NCBI GenBank assembly: GCA_031960885.1
Contig: JAVRLY010000031.1
Coordinates: 1 to 15,070, forward strand
Source: Desulfurella sp.
Lineage (GTDB): Bacteria; Campylobacterota_A; Desulfurellia; Desulfurellales; Desulfurellaceae
DNA length: 15,070 nucleotides
Reading direction: 5' to 3'
Shown here in pieces: positions 1 through 8,586 of this stretch; within the stretch, counting starts at the first letter, position 1; the number at the start of each line of letters is the position of its first letter. Below the pieces are notes generated by a model. It saw nothing but the letters and a program-made list of their open reading frames with translations. It was not told where the DNA came from and made no database searches. The translations under genes were made by a program, and so were the position numbers.

Positions 1-880
1 AATTTAGCAAATTCATCATATCTTTTGGTAGTTTAGAGTAAAATTTTAAAAATTTGCCGCTGTATGGGTGGTAAAATCCTAAGTAGAATGCATGCAATGC
101 TTGTCTTGATATGCGCTTGGATTTATTGTTTGAATATACACTGTCTCCAATTAAAGGATGATTTAAATACTGCATATGAACACGAATTTGATGTGTTCTG
201 CCTGTTTTTAACTCAAACCTTACTATATCCATATCTTCTAAACGCATAATCACTTTGTAGTTTGTAATTGCTTGCTTTCCTTGTGTTACGCTGAATTGCT
301 TACGATAAATAGGGTGTCTACCAATCTGTGTGTTTATTGTACCAGCATAATCTTTTAAATGTCCTTCGCAAATACCTATGTAATAGCGTTTACACACATG
401 AGATGCGAATTGCTTTGCAAGTTCAAAGTGTGTATTGTTGTCTTTAACTAATACTATAACGCCACTTGTGTCTTTATCTATGCGATGAACCACTCCAGGC
501 CTTAGAGGGGCACCAACATCGGATAGCTTGACGCCTCTAAACAAAAGCGCGCCAACAACGCTATATTCTTCATTTGCAGCACCTGGATGCACTACAATAC
601 CTGCTGGTTTATCAACAACAACTAGAAAATTATCTTCATAGATTATCCTGATATTGTAGTCTGAAATTTTAAGGTTTGGTTTCTCAAATTCAATAGATTC
701 AAAAACGATTCGTTCATTGCCTTTTAATTTATAATTTTTGTTTGCAATCTTATCATTTACACTTACCTTACCTTTTTCAATCCACTTCTGGATTTGATTT
801 CTTGGTATTTCAAGAATCCCTGCAAGGTACGAATCTATACGCTTTTTTGCATCAAAGTTAATAAGTTGAATTTGTGGCAT
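1..880 (-). CDS. rluD: RluA-family (RluD-like) 23S rRNA pseudouridine synthase with N-terminal S4 domain; 3' end runs off the window edge
   Basis: Not in the ORF track; translated by hand. ATG at 880-878 is preceded by an in-frame TAA. Reads MPQIQLINFDAKKRIDSYLAGILEIPRNQIQKWIEKGKVSVN (S4-like), then DKPAGIVVHPG, catalytic GVVHRIDKDTSG, KTGRTHQIRV and RQALHAFYLGFYHP...LPKDMMNLLN at the edge. Confidence 0.92.
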   Translation of the reverse strand, partial: MPQIQLINFDAKKRIDSYLAGILEIPRNQIQKWIEKGKVSVNDKIANKNYKLKGNERIVFESIEFEKPNLKISDYNIRIIYEDNFLVVVDKPAGIVVHPGAANEEYSVVGALLFRGVKLSDVGAPLRPGVVHRIDKDTSGVIVLVKDNNTHFELAKQFASHVCKRYYIGICEGHLKDYAGTINTQIGRHPIYRKQFSVTQGKQAITNYKVIMRLEDMDIVRFELKTGRTHQIRVHMQYLNHPLIGDSVYSNNKSKRISRQALHAFYLGFYHPYSGKFLKFYSKLPKDMMNLLN

Positions 881-2795
881 TTACGGAATTTATCGTTGAA
901 TTTGTAGAATTTGTTGAATTTGTTGAATTTTGGTTAAGGTATAAAGCTTGTGCCCAAGCAGGTAAATTTGGAGGGGCTTGCCAATTTTCTACAGGTTTGC
1001 CAGCTAGTGCATTTTGCATAAAATTTAACCATATAGGTAAAGCCATAGTGGCGCCGACAGCTGTAGGACCGCACGAACGGTAATCGTCATATCCAACCCA
1101 AACACCGGTTACTAATTGTGGTGTAAAGCCGATAAACCAGTTATCTCGTGACTCATTTGTGGTACCAGTTTTACCAGCAGCGGGTCTCCCAAGCGCTAAG
1201 GCTGCAACGCCAGTACCTTCCTTTATGACATCTTCCATCATTTTTACAAGCACATAACCAGTGTCTTGAGGAAAAACCTTATCTAATTCAGGTTTGTCTT
1301 CATACACAACATTGCCGTCTTTATCAGTAATTTTGTTTACAAATATGAGTTTCGGCAAATAACCCATATTATCAAAAGCACAATATGCCCTAGTAAGCTG
1401 AGCCAAAGTGGTAGAAAATGAGCCCAAAGCTATAGTTAAATTATCTGGTATGTGTTCGCTTATACCTAATTTTCTAGCATTTTTTATAGCATTTTCTACA
1501 CCAACTTTTGAAAGTAAATTAATCGTTGCAACGTTTACAGAATTTGCTAAAGCATACTGCAGTGTAACTTGTCCATGAAATGTATGCGAGTAGTTTTCAG
1601 GCTTCCATATTTTGTTACCTGTCTTAAATTCTATAGGCTCATCTGCTATTGTATCTGTTGGTTTCCAACCTTGTTCTAACGCTGTTAAATAAACAACTGG
1701 TTTAAAAGCGCTACCTGGTTGCCTTTGCGCTTGTGTTGCTCTATTGTACTGACTGATTTGGTAATCAAAACCGCCAACCAAGGCTTTAACATAGCCGTTT
1801 CTGGGGTCTATAGAAATGAGTGCTGATTCAAGACCTTTGTATTGCCCACCAGATAACCTTAAAATACCGTTTCGTACAGCATCATACGCATAGCGTTGCA
1901 TATTCATATCAAGCGTGGTGTAAACTTTAAGCCCACCTTTATATACTACATCTTCTCCGTACTTATTTAAAAGCCATAATCTAATATATTCAATAAAGTA
2001 TGCTGCTTTTGGGTTGTAACCATACTTTGTCATATCGCTTTGAGGAGCCAAAATAATTTTTGTTTTTACTGCATCTAAATACTGTTGTTTTGTTATAAAG
2101 TGATTTTCAAGCATGTTATTTAATACATACAAAGTGCGTTTTGCTGCTAACTCTGGATGGTAATATGGATTGTAAGCATTTGGAGCTTGCACAAGACCTG
2201 CTAACATGGCAGCTTCTGGTATTGTTAAATCGCTAGCATGTTTATCAAAATAAATTTCACTTGCAGATTCAAGACCGTATGCACCATTTCCGAAATATAC
2301 AGTATTTAAATAAAGCGTTAGAATTTCATTTTTAGTTAAATGATTTGCAATTTTGTAGGCTAAAACCGCTTCTTTTAATTTTCTGTAAAGTGTTTTTGAT
2401 GGTGTTAAATAAAGGTTTTTCACAAGTTGTTGTGTAAGGGTGCTTCCACCTTGTACAATGCGACCATGTATTAAATCTTCAAATAAAGCTCTAGCAATTG
2501 CACGATAGCTTATAGGTCCGTGTTCATAAAAACGGGCGTCTTCGGCAGCTAATATAGCTTTTTTCATATTATTTGATATTTGGTCAAAACTTACTACTTC
2601 TCTGCGTTGTGCTCCAAAAATTGCTATTTTTTTACCAGCAGAATCATAAACGGTTGTTGGCACAGGGAAAAAACTACCGCTCATTAGCGTTTGAAAATCT
2701 TTGTTTGTATCTATATATAAAGACACAACAAAAGAAGCAAATCCGATAACAACCAAAAATAAAGCTAAAAACACAATAAGCAATATTTTTTTCAT
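858..2795 (-). CDS. Class A penicillin-binding protein (PBP1A family, transglycosylase + transpeptidase)
   Basis: N-terminal TM anchor. GT51 motifs EDARFYEHG, GGSTLTQQL, RKLKE, YLNTVYFG. Transpeptidase motifs SAFK (SxxK), SVN (SxN), KTG. Confidence 0.96.
   Translation of the reverse strand: MKKILLIVFLALFLVVIGFASFVVSLYIDTNKDFQTLMSGSFFPVPTTVYDSAGKKIAIFGAQRREVVSFDQISNNMKKAILAAEDARFYEHGPISYRAIARALFEDLIHGRIVQGGSTLTQQLVKNLYLTPSKTLYRKLKEAVLAYKIANHLTKNEILTLYLNTVYFGNGAYGLESASEIYFDKHASDLTIPEAAMLAGLVQAPNAYNPYYHPELAAKRTLYVLNNMLENHFITKQQYLDAVKTKIILAPQSDMTKYGYNPKAAYFIEYIRLWLLNKYGEDVVYKGGLKVYTTLDMNMQRYAYDAVRNGILRLSGGQYKGLESALISIDPRNGYVKALVGGFDYQISQYNRATQAQRQPGSAFKPVVYLTALEQGWKPTDTIADEPIEFKTGNKIWKPENYSHTFHGQVTLQYALANSVNVATINLLSKVGVENAIKNARKLGISEHIPDNLTIALGSFSTTLAQLTRAYCAFDNMGYLPKLIFVNKITDKDGNVVYEDKPELDKVFPQDTGYVLVKMMEDVIKEGTGVAALALGRPAAGKTGTTNESRDNWFIGFTPQLVTGVWVGYDDYRSCGPTAVGATMALPIWLNFMQNALAGKPVENWQAPPNLPAWAQALYLNQNSTNSTNSTNSTINSVNATNSTY
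865..930. repeat. Imperfect 9-bp tandem repeat (consensus GTTGAATTT on +), 7 units with a 3-nt interruption, encoding the N-S-T tail of PBP1A
   Basis: Units: gttgaattt 865-873, gtggcattt 874-882, acggaattt 883-891, atc, gttgaattt 895-903, gtagaattt 904-912, gttgaattt 913-921, gttgaattt 922-930. Confidence 0.9.
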
Positions 2796-4876
2796 TTTTT
2801 AATCACCACATCAAAAGACAACAAGCCTATATTAGAATTAACTTGTTTTGTCAAATCCTGCATTCCTGATAAATTTTTATTCATAATTTGAATAACTAGT
2901 TTTGCGAATAATGGGTTTGTATAATTATTTTTAGAATTTTTACTAAGTAATAAAGATTTTGTTAAATAGTTATCTGCTTGATTCTTATATCCAAGCAATA
3001 GATAGCACAAAGCCATTTTGTAATAATCGCTCGCATTGTAATCGTTTAAATTACTAAAAGACTTTATTGCTTTCTCTGGCTTGTTTTCATTTAAATATAG
3101 ATCTGCAAGTAATCTATTTAGATTAGGGTTAAACTTACTCAGTACTTCAACAATATCTACCATACCACCATCGCCCACATTTAAATGCAATATATCATTT
3201 AAATAATTTTTTTCAAGCTTTAAATAATCGAAATCGTTATTTGATATTGCTTGTAGTAAAACAAAATCTTTCACATTTATATTTTTTGGTTCTTTGAGAT
3301 TTCCGTGCAAACTATCAGCATAAGCGCTGTATGATAAAATGCTTTTTGGTTTATTGATAACATGTGATTGTTTTAATAAAAACTGACTCAAGTAATTTTG
3401 AGCTTTAGAATTCAAGCCTTCAATATAATTTATTAATGCCATATTCAAATATGGAAGAGAAAAATTAGGATATCTGTTAATTAAAATAGAAAACATCTGT
3501 TTTGATTTCTCAAAATTATAATTCTTTTCATATAACAAGGCTAAATTATAATACAATATGGGATTTGATGGATTATTTTCATAAGCTTTCTGATAATATA
3601 TGAGAGATTGGGTCAAATTGTTTTCTTGATAATAAGCATAAGCCTTGTTCGCAAAATTTAAGCTCGTACTTGAACTAATTGCGCTTAGATAAGATTCTTT
3701 TGCCTGATTTAACAAACCAAAACTTAAATAAATATTTCCAAATTCAACATTTGATGAAGGATTTATATTGTATTGTATAGGTTCGATTAATTGCATAATA
3801 ATCAAAGACTGCAAAGCATGAGAAATGTCATATTCTCTAAAATTTATTTGATTTAAAATCTCTTTTTTATTTATTATTGGTATAACAAAAAAATTATTCA
3901 TTACATCGCTGGAATTTAAGTTAGATATTAGGTTGTATGCTGTTTGCATCTGGTTATCTTTTACGGCAATTAAATAAGCAAAATAAGTCAATTGATTATC
4001 TTGTTTTTTGTTAAGACTGCTAATTGCAAAATTTAAAGCACTTTCTAAATTGTTTCTTGCAAATTCTAAAAAAGCCATATTGCGTTTAGAACTAGCGCTG
4101 AAGCTATCAGTTCTCGAAAAATAGTCTAATGCTTTTGTATAATTTTTATCATTTGCATAAATAAATCCAAGCATTTCGTATAATAATTTATCTTTATAAC
4201 CTTTCTTAAGCATTTGGTTTATTTGGTTAAGTGTAGATTGAGTATCTTTTTGCGTTATAAAATTATAATAAATGTTCATAATATCTAATTCATGACTTTG
4301 TAATTTTGCATTCCGCAGTGTTGTGAGTAAATTTTTCGCTTCATCAAAATCATTGTTTTGCATATAATAACTAAAAAGATACATATAAGAGTCGATATAT
4401 TCGTCGGGTTTATCTAAAGTTGAATTTAGATAATTATTGGCTTTTTCAATATAATCTTGAGCCATTTGTTGGTCATTTTGCATTTGGTAAATTTTTGCTA
4501 TATTTAAATATGCTAAAAATAAATAATTTTTTGATTTCTTAAATTCTTCTATGGCATTTTTTAAATTGCCCTTATTTTCCAAATTAAGTCCTTCAATAAA
4601 ATGCAAATCAAGATTAGATTTTGTTTTTATGGCTTTGGGCGGTATTTTTGATACATTTTTTTTAGATGTATGAGGTTTATTAGAAAAAAAAATGAACACC
4701 AAAACAGCAGCAATTAACAAAATAGCAACTAAAACAACACCAAGAAAAAGCTTTTTATGGCTTTTTCTTGGTAATTCTACCTGTTTTTCTCCAAGAGGTT
4801 CTTTTTTATCTTCGATTTTTTCTTGTGGCTTTGGTTCCTCTTCTATAATTATTATTTTATCTTTATCATCAGCCAT
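2792..4876 (-). CDS. Membrane-anchored tetratricopeptide-repeat protein, probably PflB-like flagellar motor scaffold protein
   Basis: Charged N-terminus (MADDKDKIIIIEEE), one TM helix (LFLGVVLVAILLIAAVLVFIFF), then many TPR-like helices such as LYEMLGFIYANDKNYTKALDYF and NPILYYNLALLYEKNYNFEKSKQMF. ATG at 4876 preferred; the track's start at 4879 is TTG. The PflB label rests on architecture and recalled similarity, not a search. Confidence 0.75.
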   Translation of the reverse strand: MADDKDKIIIIEEEPKPQEKIEDKKEPLGEKQVELPRKSHKKLFLGVVLVAILLIAAVLVFIFFSNKPHTSKKNVSKIPPKAIKTKSNLDLHFIEGLNLENKGNLKNAIEEFKKSKNYLFLAYLNIAKIYQMQNDQQMAQDYIEKANNYLNSTLDKPDEYIDSYMYLFSYYMQNNDFDEAKNLLTTLRNAKLQSHELDIMNIYYNFITQKDTQSTLNQINQMLKKGYKDKLLYEMLGFIYANDKNYTKALDYFSRTDSFSASSKRNMAFLEFARNNLESALNFAISSLNKKQDNQLTYFAYLIAVKDNQMQTAYNLISNLNSSDVMNNFFVIPIINKKEILNQINFREYDISHALQSLIIMQLIEPIQYNINPSSNVEFGNIYLSFGLLNQAKESYLSAISSSTSLNFANKAYAYYQENNLTQSLIYYQKAYENNPSNPILYYNLALLYEKNYNFEKSKQMFSILINRYPNFSLPYLNMALINYIEGLNSKAQNYLSQFLLKQSHVINKPKSILSYSAYADSLHGNLKEPKNINVKDFVLLQAISNNDFDYLKLEKNYLNDILHLNVGDGGMVDIVEVLSKFNPNLNRLLADLYLNENKPEKAIKSFSNLNDYNASDYYKMALCYLLLGYKNQADNYLTKSLLLSKNSKNNYTNPLFAKLVIQIMNKNLSGMQDLTKQVNSNIGLLSFDVVIKK

Positions 4877-4882
4877 CAAAAG

Positions 4883-6082
4883 CTATTTTAGCTTTAAAAC
4901 AAAGTTTTTTATAGATTCTATACCTTCTTGTATAACCTGCATACTTGTGGCAAATGATAATCTTACATAGTTATCATCCCCAAACCCAATTCCTGGCACA
5001 ACAGCTACCTTTGCCTCGTCCAAAAGAATGCTTGCAAAATCCATAGAATTGTTAATTGTTTTGCCATTTATGCTTTTGCCATAAAGATTACTAATGTTTG
5101 GGAAAACATAAAATGCACCTTTTGGGTTAAAGCATGTAATCCCTTCTATAGAATTTAGTGCATTTACAATGTATTTTCTTCTTTTTTCAAACTCTTTTCT
5201 CATTATTTCAACACTATCTTGTGGGCCAGTTAGCGCTTCAAGTGCAGCCATTTGAGCTATAGAAGTAGGGTTTGATGTACTTTGACTTTGCAACTTTATC
5301 ATATTTTCCGTCAGTTCTTTGTCTCCACACGAATATCCAATACGCCAGCCTGTCATAGAGTATGTTTTGCTAACGCCATTTATTACAATAGTCTTTGCTT
5401 TTATTTCTTTAGAAAGACTTGCGATGCTAGTTGGTTTGTAATCATCATATACAATAGACTCATACATCTCGTCAGCTATAACCCAAAAATCATTTTTTAG
5501 GGCCAGTTCAGCTAAAAATTCTAAATCTTTTGTTTCAAAAACACCGCCTGTGGGGTTTGATGGGTTATTTAATATAATTGCCTTAGTTTTTGGTGTAATG
5601 GCCTTTAAAAGTTGTTCTTGCGTAGGCACAAATCCTGTCTTGTCAGTGGTTTTTATCACTACCGGAATGGCGTTTGCATATTTTACAATTGCTTCATATG
5701 TAACCCAATAAGGGCTCAAAATAATTACTTCATCACCTTCTTCAAATAGCACTTGTGATAAATTGAATAAATTCTGTTTGCCGCCTACTGATACGCATAT
5801 TTCATTTCTTTTATATTCTACACCATTAACTTTCTTTTCTTTTTCAATAATTGCATCTTTTAATTCATTTGTGCCACCAGCTGCTGTATATTTTGTAAAG
5901 CCATCTCGAATGGCTTTAATTGCAGCTTCTTTAATATTATCTGGCGTATCAAAATCGGGTTCACCAGCTCCAAACGATAAAATTTTGATTCCAGCTGCGT
6001 TCATTTCTTTGGCCTTTGCCGTAATGGCAATAGTGATAGATTCCTCAATTCTTCCGATACGCTGAGCTAATTTTTTCTTCAT
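4883..6082 (-). CDS. aspC: PLP-dependent class I/II aminotransferase (aspartate aminotransferase-like)
   Basis: Motifs GAGEPDF, NNPSNPTG, DEMY, PLP-lysine NGVSKTYSMTGWRIG, PKGAFY, VRLSFA. SD AAGGAGG upstream at about 6087-6093. Confidence 0.92.
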   Translation of the reverse strand: MKKKLAQRIGRIEESITIAITAKAKEMNAAGIKILSFGAGEPDFDTPDNIKEAAIKAIRDGFTKYTAAGGTNELKDAIIEKEKKVNGVEYKRNEICVSVGGKQNLFNLSQVLFEEGDEVIILSPYWVTYEAIVKYANAIPVVIKTTDKTGFVPTQEQLLKAITPKTKAIILNNPSNPTGGVFETKDLEFLAELALKNDFWVIADEMYESIVYDDYKPTSIASLSKEIKAKTIVINGVSKTYSMTGWRIGYSCGDKELTENMIKLQSQSTSNPTSIAQMAALEALTGPQDSVEIMRKEFEKRRKYIVNALNSIEGITCFNPKGAFYVFPNISNLYGKSINGKTINNSMDFASILLDEAKVAVVPGIGFGDDNYVRLSFATSMQVIQEGIESIKNFVLKLK

Positions 6083-6582
6083 TTGTCCTCCTTAAATTTT
6101 TTTTTCATATGATCAATAACTATTGGTGACACAAATGCACTTACATCCCCCCCATTAACAAATACATCTTTTACTATAGTAGAGCTCAAAAAAGAGTATT
6201 TAATATAAGGCATAAAATATATTATTTCTATATCTGGAGCTAGCGATCTATTCATAAAAGCCATTTCCATTTCATATTCAAAATCAGATACCGCTCTAAG
6301 ACCTCTTACGATTACCTGTGCGCCTTTTGATTTGGCAAAATTTACAAGCAAACCATCAACTTTCTCAACTTCTATAGATGATACATTTAGTGTATCAATA
6401 ACTTTTTTCGTGAGCTCAAATCTTTCATCAAAATTAAAAAAAGATTTTTTAGCTGTGTTTCGTGCAACACCTACTATAACTTTGTGAAATATTTTTGATG
6501 CTCTTTTAATGATATCTATATGACCATTTGTTATTGGATCAAAACTACCTGGCACAATAGCTACAACGCAACACTTATCCAT
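6079..6582 (-). CDS. coaD: Phosphopantetheine adenylyltransferase
   Basis: PGSFDPITNGHIDII, IVRGLRAVSDFEYE, SFLSSTIVK. Follows rsmD, a common pairing. Confidence 0.97.
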   Translation of the reverse strand: MDKCCVVAIVPGSFDPITNGHIDIIKRASKIFHKVIVGVARNTAKKSFFNFDERFELTKKVIDTLNVSSIEVEKVDGLLVNFAKSKGAQVIVRGLRAVSDFEYEMEMAFMNRSLAPDIEIIYFMPYIKYSFLSSTIVKDVFVNGGDVSAFVSPIVIDHMKKKFKEDK

Positions 6583-6583
6583 A

Positions 6584-7090
6584 CTACCTCAAATAATTCA
6601 ATATAGTATTACCAAATTTTTTTATTTTAAAAACCCTTTCATGCCCAATCATCTTGCCACTTTCAACGCAAACTATAGCATCTTTTTTTAGTTTTTTCAA
6701 TAAAAAAACCAAGAGTTGATTTAATTCCATAGCATAAGGTGCATCAATATATACAATATCAGCATGATCTATTATATCTAAATTCAAAAAATTAAATACA
6801 TCCATACGATAAATTTCAAACTTTTCCGCTTCAATACCTAAATTTTGTAAATTCTTTTTAATAAAATCATCTTGTAGATCAACAAAAAAAACTTTCTTAG
6901 CGCCTCTTGATATCGCTTCAATGCCAACAAAACCATTACCGGCAAACAAATCAATAAATATTGCAGATTCCACTATAGGAGATATGGTATCAAAAAACGA
7001 TTTTTTTACTACCTGTTTTGTTGGTCTTATTTTTTTATCTTTTTTAAACTCCAATACTCTGCTTTTGTATTTACCCGCTATTACTCTCAT
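6584..7090 (-). CDS. rsmD: 16S rRNA m2G966 methyltransferase RsmD family
   Basis: MRVIAGKYK, IRPT, DLFAGNG, IEAISRGA, DAPY (variant of DPPY), C-terminal KKFGNT. Confidence 0.9.
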   Translation of the reverse strand: MRVIAGKYKSRVLEFKKDKKIRPTKQVVKKSFFDTISPIVESAIFIDLFAGNGFVGIEAISRGAKKVFFVDLQDDFIKKNLQNLGIEAEKFEIYRMDVFNFLNLDIIDHADIVYIDAPYAMELNQLLVFLLKKLKKDAIVCVESGKMIGHERVFKIKKFGNTILNYLR

Positions 7091-8264
7091 AGCAAAACCT
7101 TAGAATATCATTTTCATTAACATTGTCAATATTATCGATATAAACAATTTCTCCCGGATGAGCCACTTGTTTTTTAGAAAAATCACTTGCATATATAGTA
7201 TTAATATTTACCTCTATATTTTCTTTTGCCGTTACAAATTCAAAAGTGCCTGGCGTTAACTTATTTTTTACTAAAAGTTTTAACTTATCTGCTACTTTTT
7301 CAATAACAATAGCCAAATATGTACAAGTCTGAATATAAGCACTACTTTTTATATATTGTTTGGGTTTGTTTAAATAAAAGCCTAAACTATACGGTCTGTG
7401 ACTTACAGTTTTTAGTTGATTGTACAAAATACTTATATGTTTTTTTAATGTACCATTAAGATATTTATCAATTGCTTGTCTGTAAGATTTTGTAGTTATT
7501 GCAACATAGTAATCGCTTTTGTTTCTACCTTCAATTTTAATGGATTTAACACCTAAGTCGATTATTTTGTCTAAAATTGGCAATGCACACAAATCGTATG
7601 AATTAAATATATATGAACCATTGTGGTGTTCTTCTAAATACAAAGGGGTATTTTTACGTGTATCTTCATAAATTGTATATTTCCATCTGCAACTTTGTGC
7701 ACAATCTCCTTTATTTGCGCTGCGTTGTGTTAGATAAGAGCTGAGAAAACATCTACCAGAATAAGCCATACACATAGCTCCATGAACAAAAACCTCTACA
7801 TCGAGATCGGTGTTTTTAACAAAAATTTTTAAATCATCAAGCGTGAGTTCGCGCGCTGCTATAATGCGTTCTACATTAAATCGTTTCAAAAAATTTGCAG
7901 CAAAAGAATTCGTTATATTTGCCTGTGTACTGATATGAATGGGTATATTCAACTCTTGTAAAATGCTTAAAACTCCTAGATCGCTAACTATAATCGCATC
8001 TGGCGGATTGTTTTTTAAAAAAGTTAAAAAGTCTTTTAAATTACCAAAATCTTCGTCAAATAAATAAGAGTTTATCGTTAAATAAATTTTTTTGTGTGCA
8101 TTTTTAGTATAGTATATAGCTTCTTTTAATTCTTTTAAAGTAAAATTACCAGCATTTGAGCGTAAACCAAACTTTTCAAAACTGCAGTATACTGCATCTG
8201 CGCCAAAATGTATTGCAGTTTTTAATTTTTGAAAATTCCCTGCTGGTGCTAGAAGCTCTACCAT
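7071..8264 (-). CDS. U32 'peptidase' family Fe-S protein, most like TrhP/YegQ tRNA hydroxylation proteins
   Basis: ELLAPAG, HISTQAN, EVFVHGAMCMAYSGRC...ANKGDCAQSCRWKY (four conserved Cys), KIEGR, plus a C-terminal extension. Confidence 0.9.
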   Translation of the reverse strand: MVELLAPAGNFQKLKTAIHFGADAVYCSFEKFGLRSNAGNFTLKELKEAIYYTKNAHKKIYLTINSYLFDEDFGNLKDFLTFLKNNPPDAIIVSDLGVLSILQELNIPIHISTQANITNSFAANFLKRFNVERIIAARELTLDDLKIFVKNTDLDVEVFVHGAMCMAYSGRCFLSSYLTQRSANKGDCAQSCRWKYTIYEDTRKNTPLYLEEHHNGSYIFNSYDLCALPILDKIIDLGVKSIKIEGRNKSDYYVAITTKSYRQAIDKYLNGTLKKHISILYNQLKTVSHRPYSLGFYLNKPKQYIKSSAYIQTCTYLAIVIEKVADKLKLLVKNKLTPGTFEFVTAKENIEVNINTIYASDFSKKQVAHPGEIVYIDNIDNVNENDILRFCYESNSG

Positions 8265-8267
8265 TTT

Positions 8268-8579
8268 CTAAGCAACCCTCAGCATTACACTACCTGCTAG
8301 AATAAGCATAATACCTATAATTTCAATTGAATTAATTTTTTCATGAAAAATTATTAAGTCAATAAAAGTAATTGCAACAATACCTACACCAGACCAAACA
8401 GCGTACATTACTGCAAGTTTTAGATATTTTGTTGCCATTGTAGCAAATACAAAACTAACTGCATAACAAACAAATAGCATTAAAGATGGAAACAATTTAG
8501 TCAGGCCGTTTGATAAACGCATGGATGTTGTACCGCCAACTTCGAATAAGATCGCAAACACTAAATACAACCATCCCAT
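8268..8579 (-). CDS. SMR-family small multidrug efflux transporter (EmrE/Qac-like)
   Basis: 103 aa with four hydrophobic segments. Membrane Glu in AILFEVGGTTSM. YAVWSGVG matches the EmrE-type motif better than the Gdx-type WTGIG. Confidence 0.9.
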   Translation of the reverse strand: MGWLYLVFAILFEVGGTTSMRLSNGLTKLFPSLMLFVCYAVSFVFATMATKYLKLAVMYAVWSGVGIVAITFIDLIIFHEKINSIEIIGIMLILAGSVMLRVA

Positions 8580-8586
8580 CTATCTT

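Noticed and set aside
64..249. 61-aa + strand ORF
   Set aside because: Antisense to the conserved RluA-family gene; no recognisable motif.
865..930. Possible CRISPR or iteron array
   Set aside because: Contiguous 9-bp units with no spacers, in frame inside a CDS; no cas or rep genes nearby.
874..1083. + strand ORF with VEFVEFVEF repeats
   Set aside because: It is the antisense reading of the NST repeat and the PBP1A C-terminus; no independent support.
4684..4692. A9 tract in the TPR gene (also T9 at 6097-6105 in coaD) as phase-variation sites
   Set aside because: A/T runs of this length are expected in AT-rich DNA. Both frames are intact and the runs encode ordinary Phe or Lys stretches.
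4692..6065. + strand ORFs at 4692-4970, 5282-5500 and 5763-6065
   Set aside because: Antisense shadows of the TPR gene and aspC; no motifs.
7071..8264. U32 protein as a collagenase/protease
   Set aside because: Characterised members with this four-Cys motif (TrhP, RlhA, UbiU/V) act in Fe-S-dependent hydroxylation, and there is no signal peptide.
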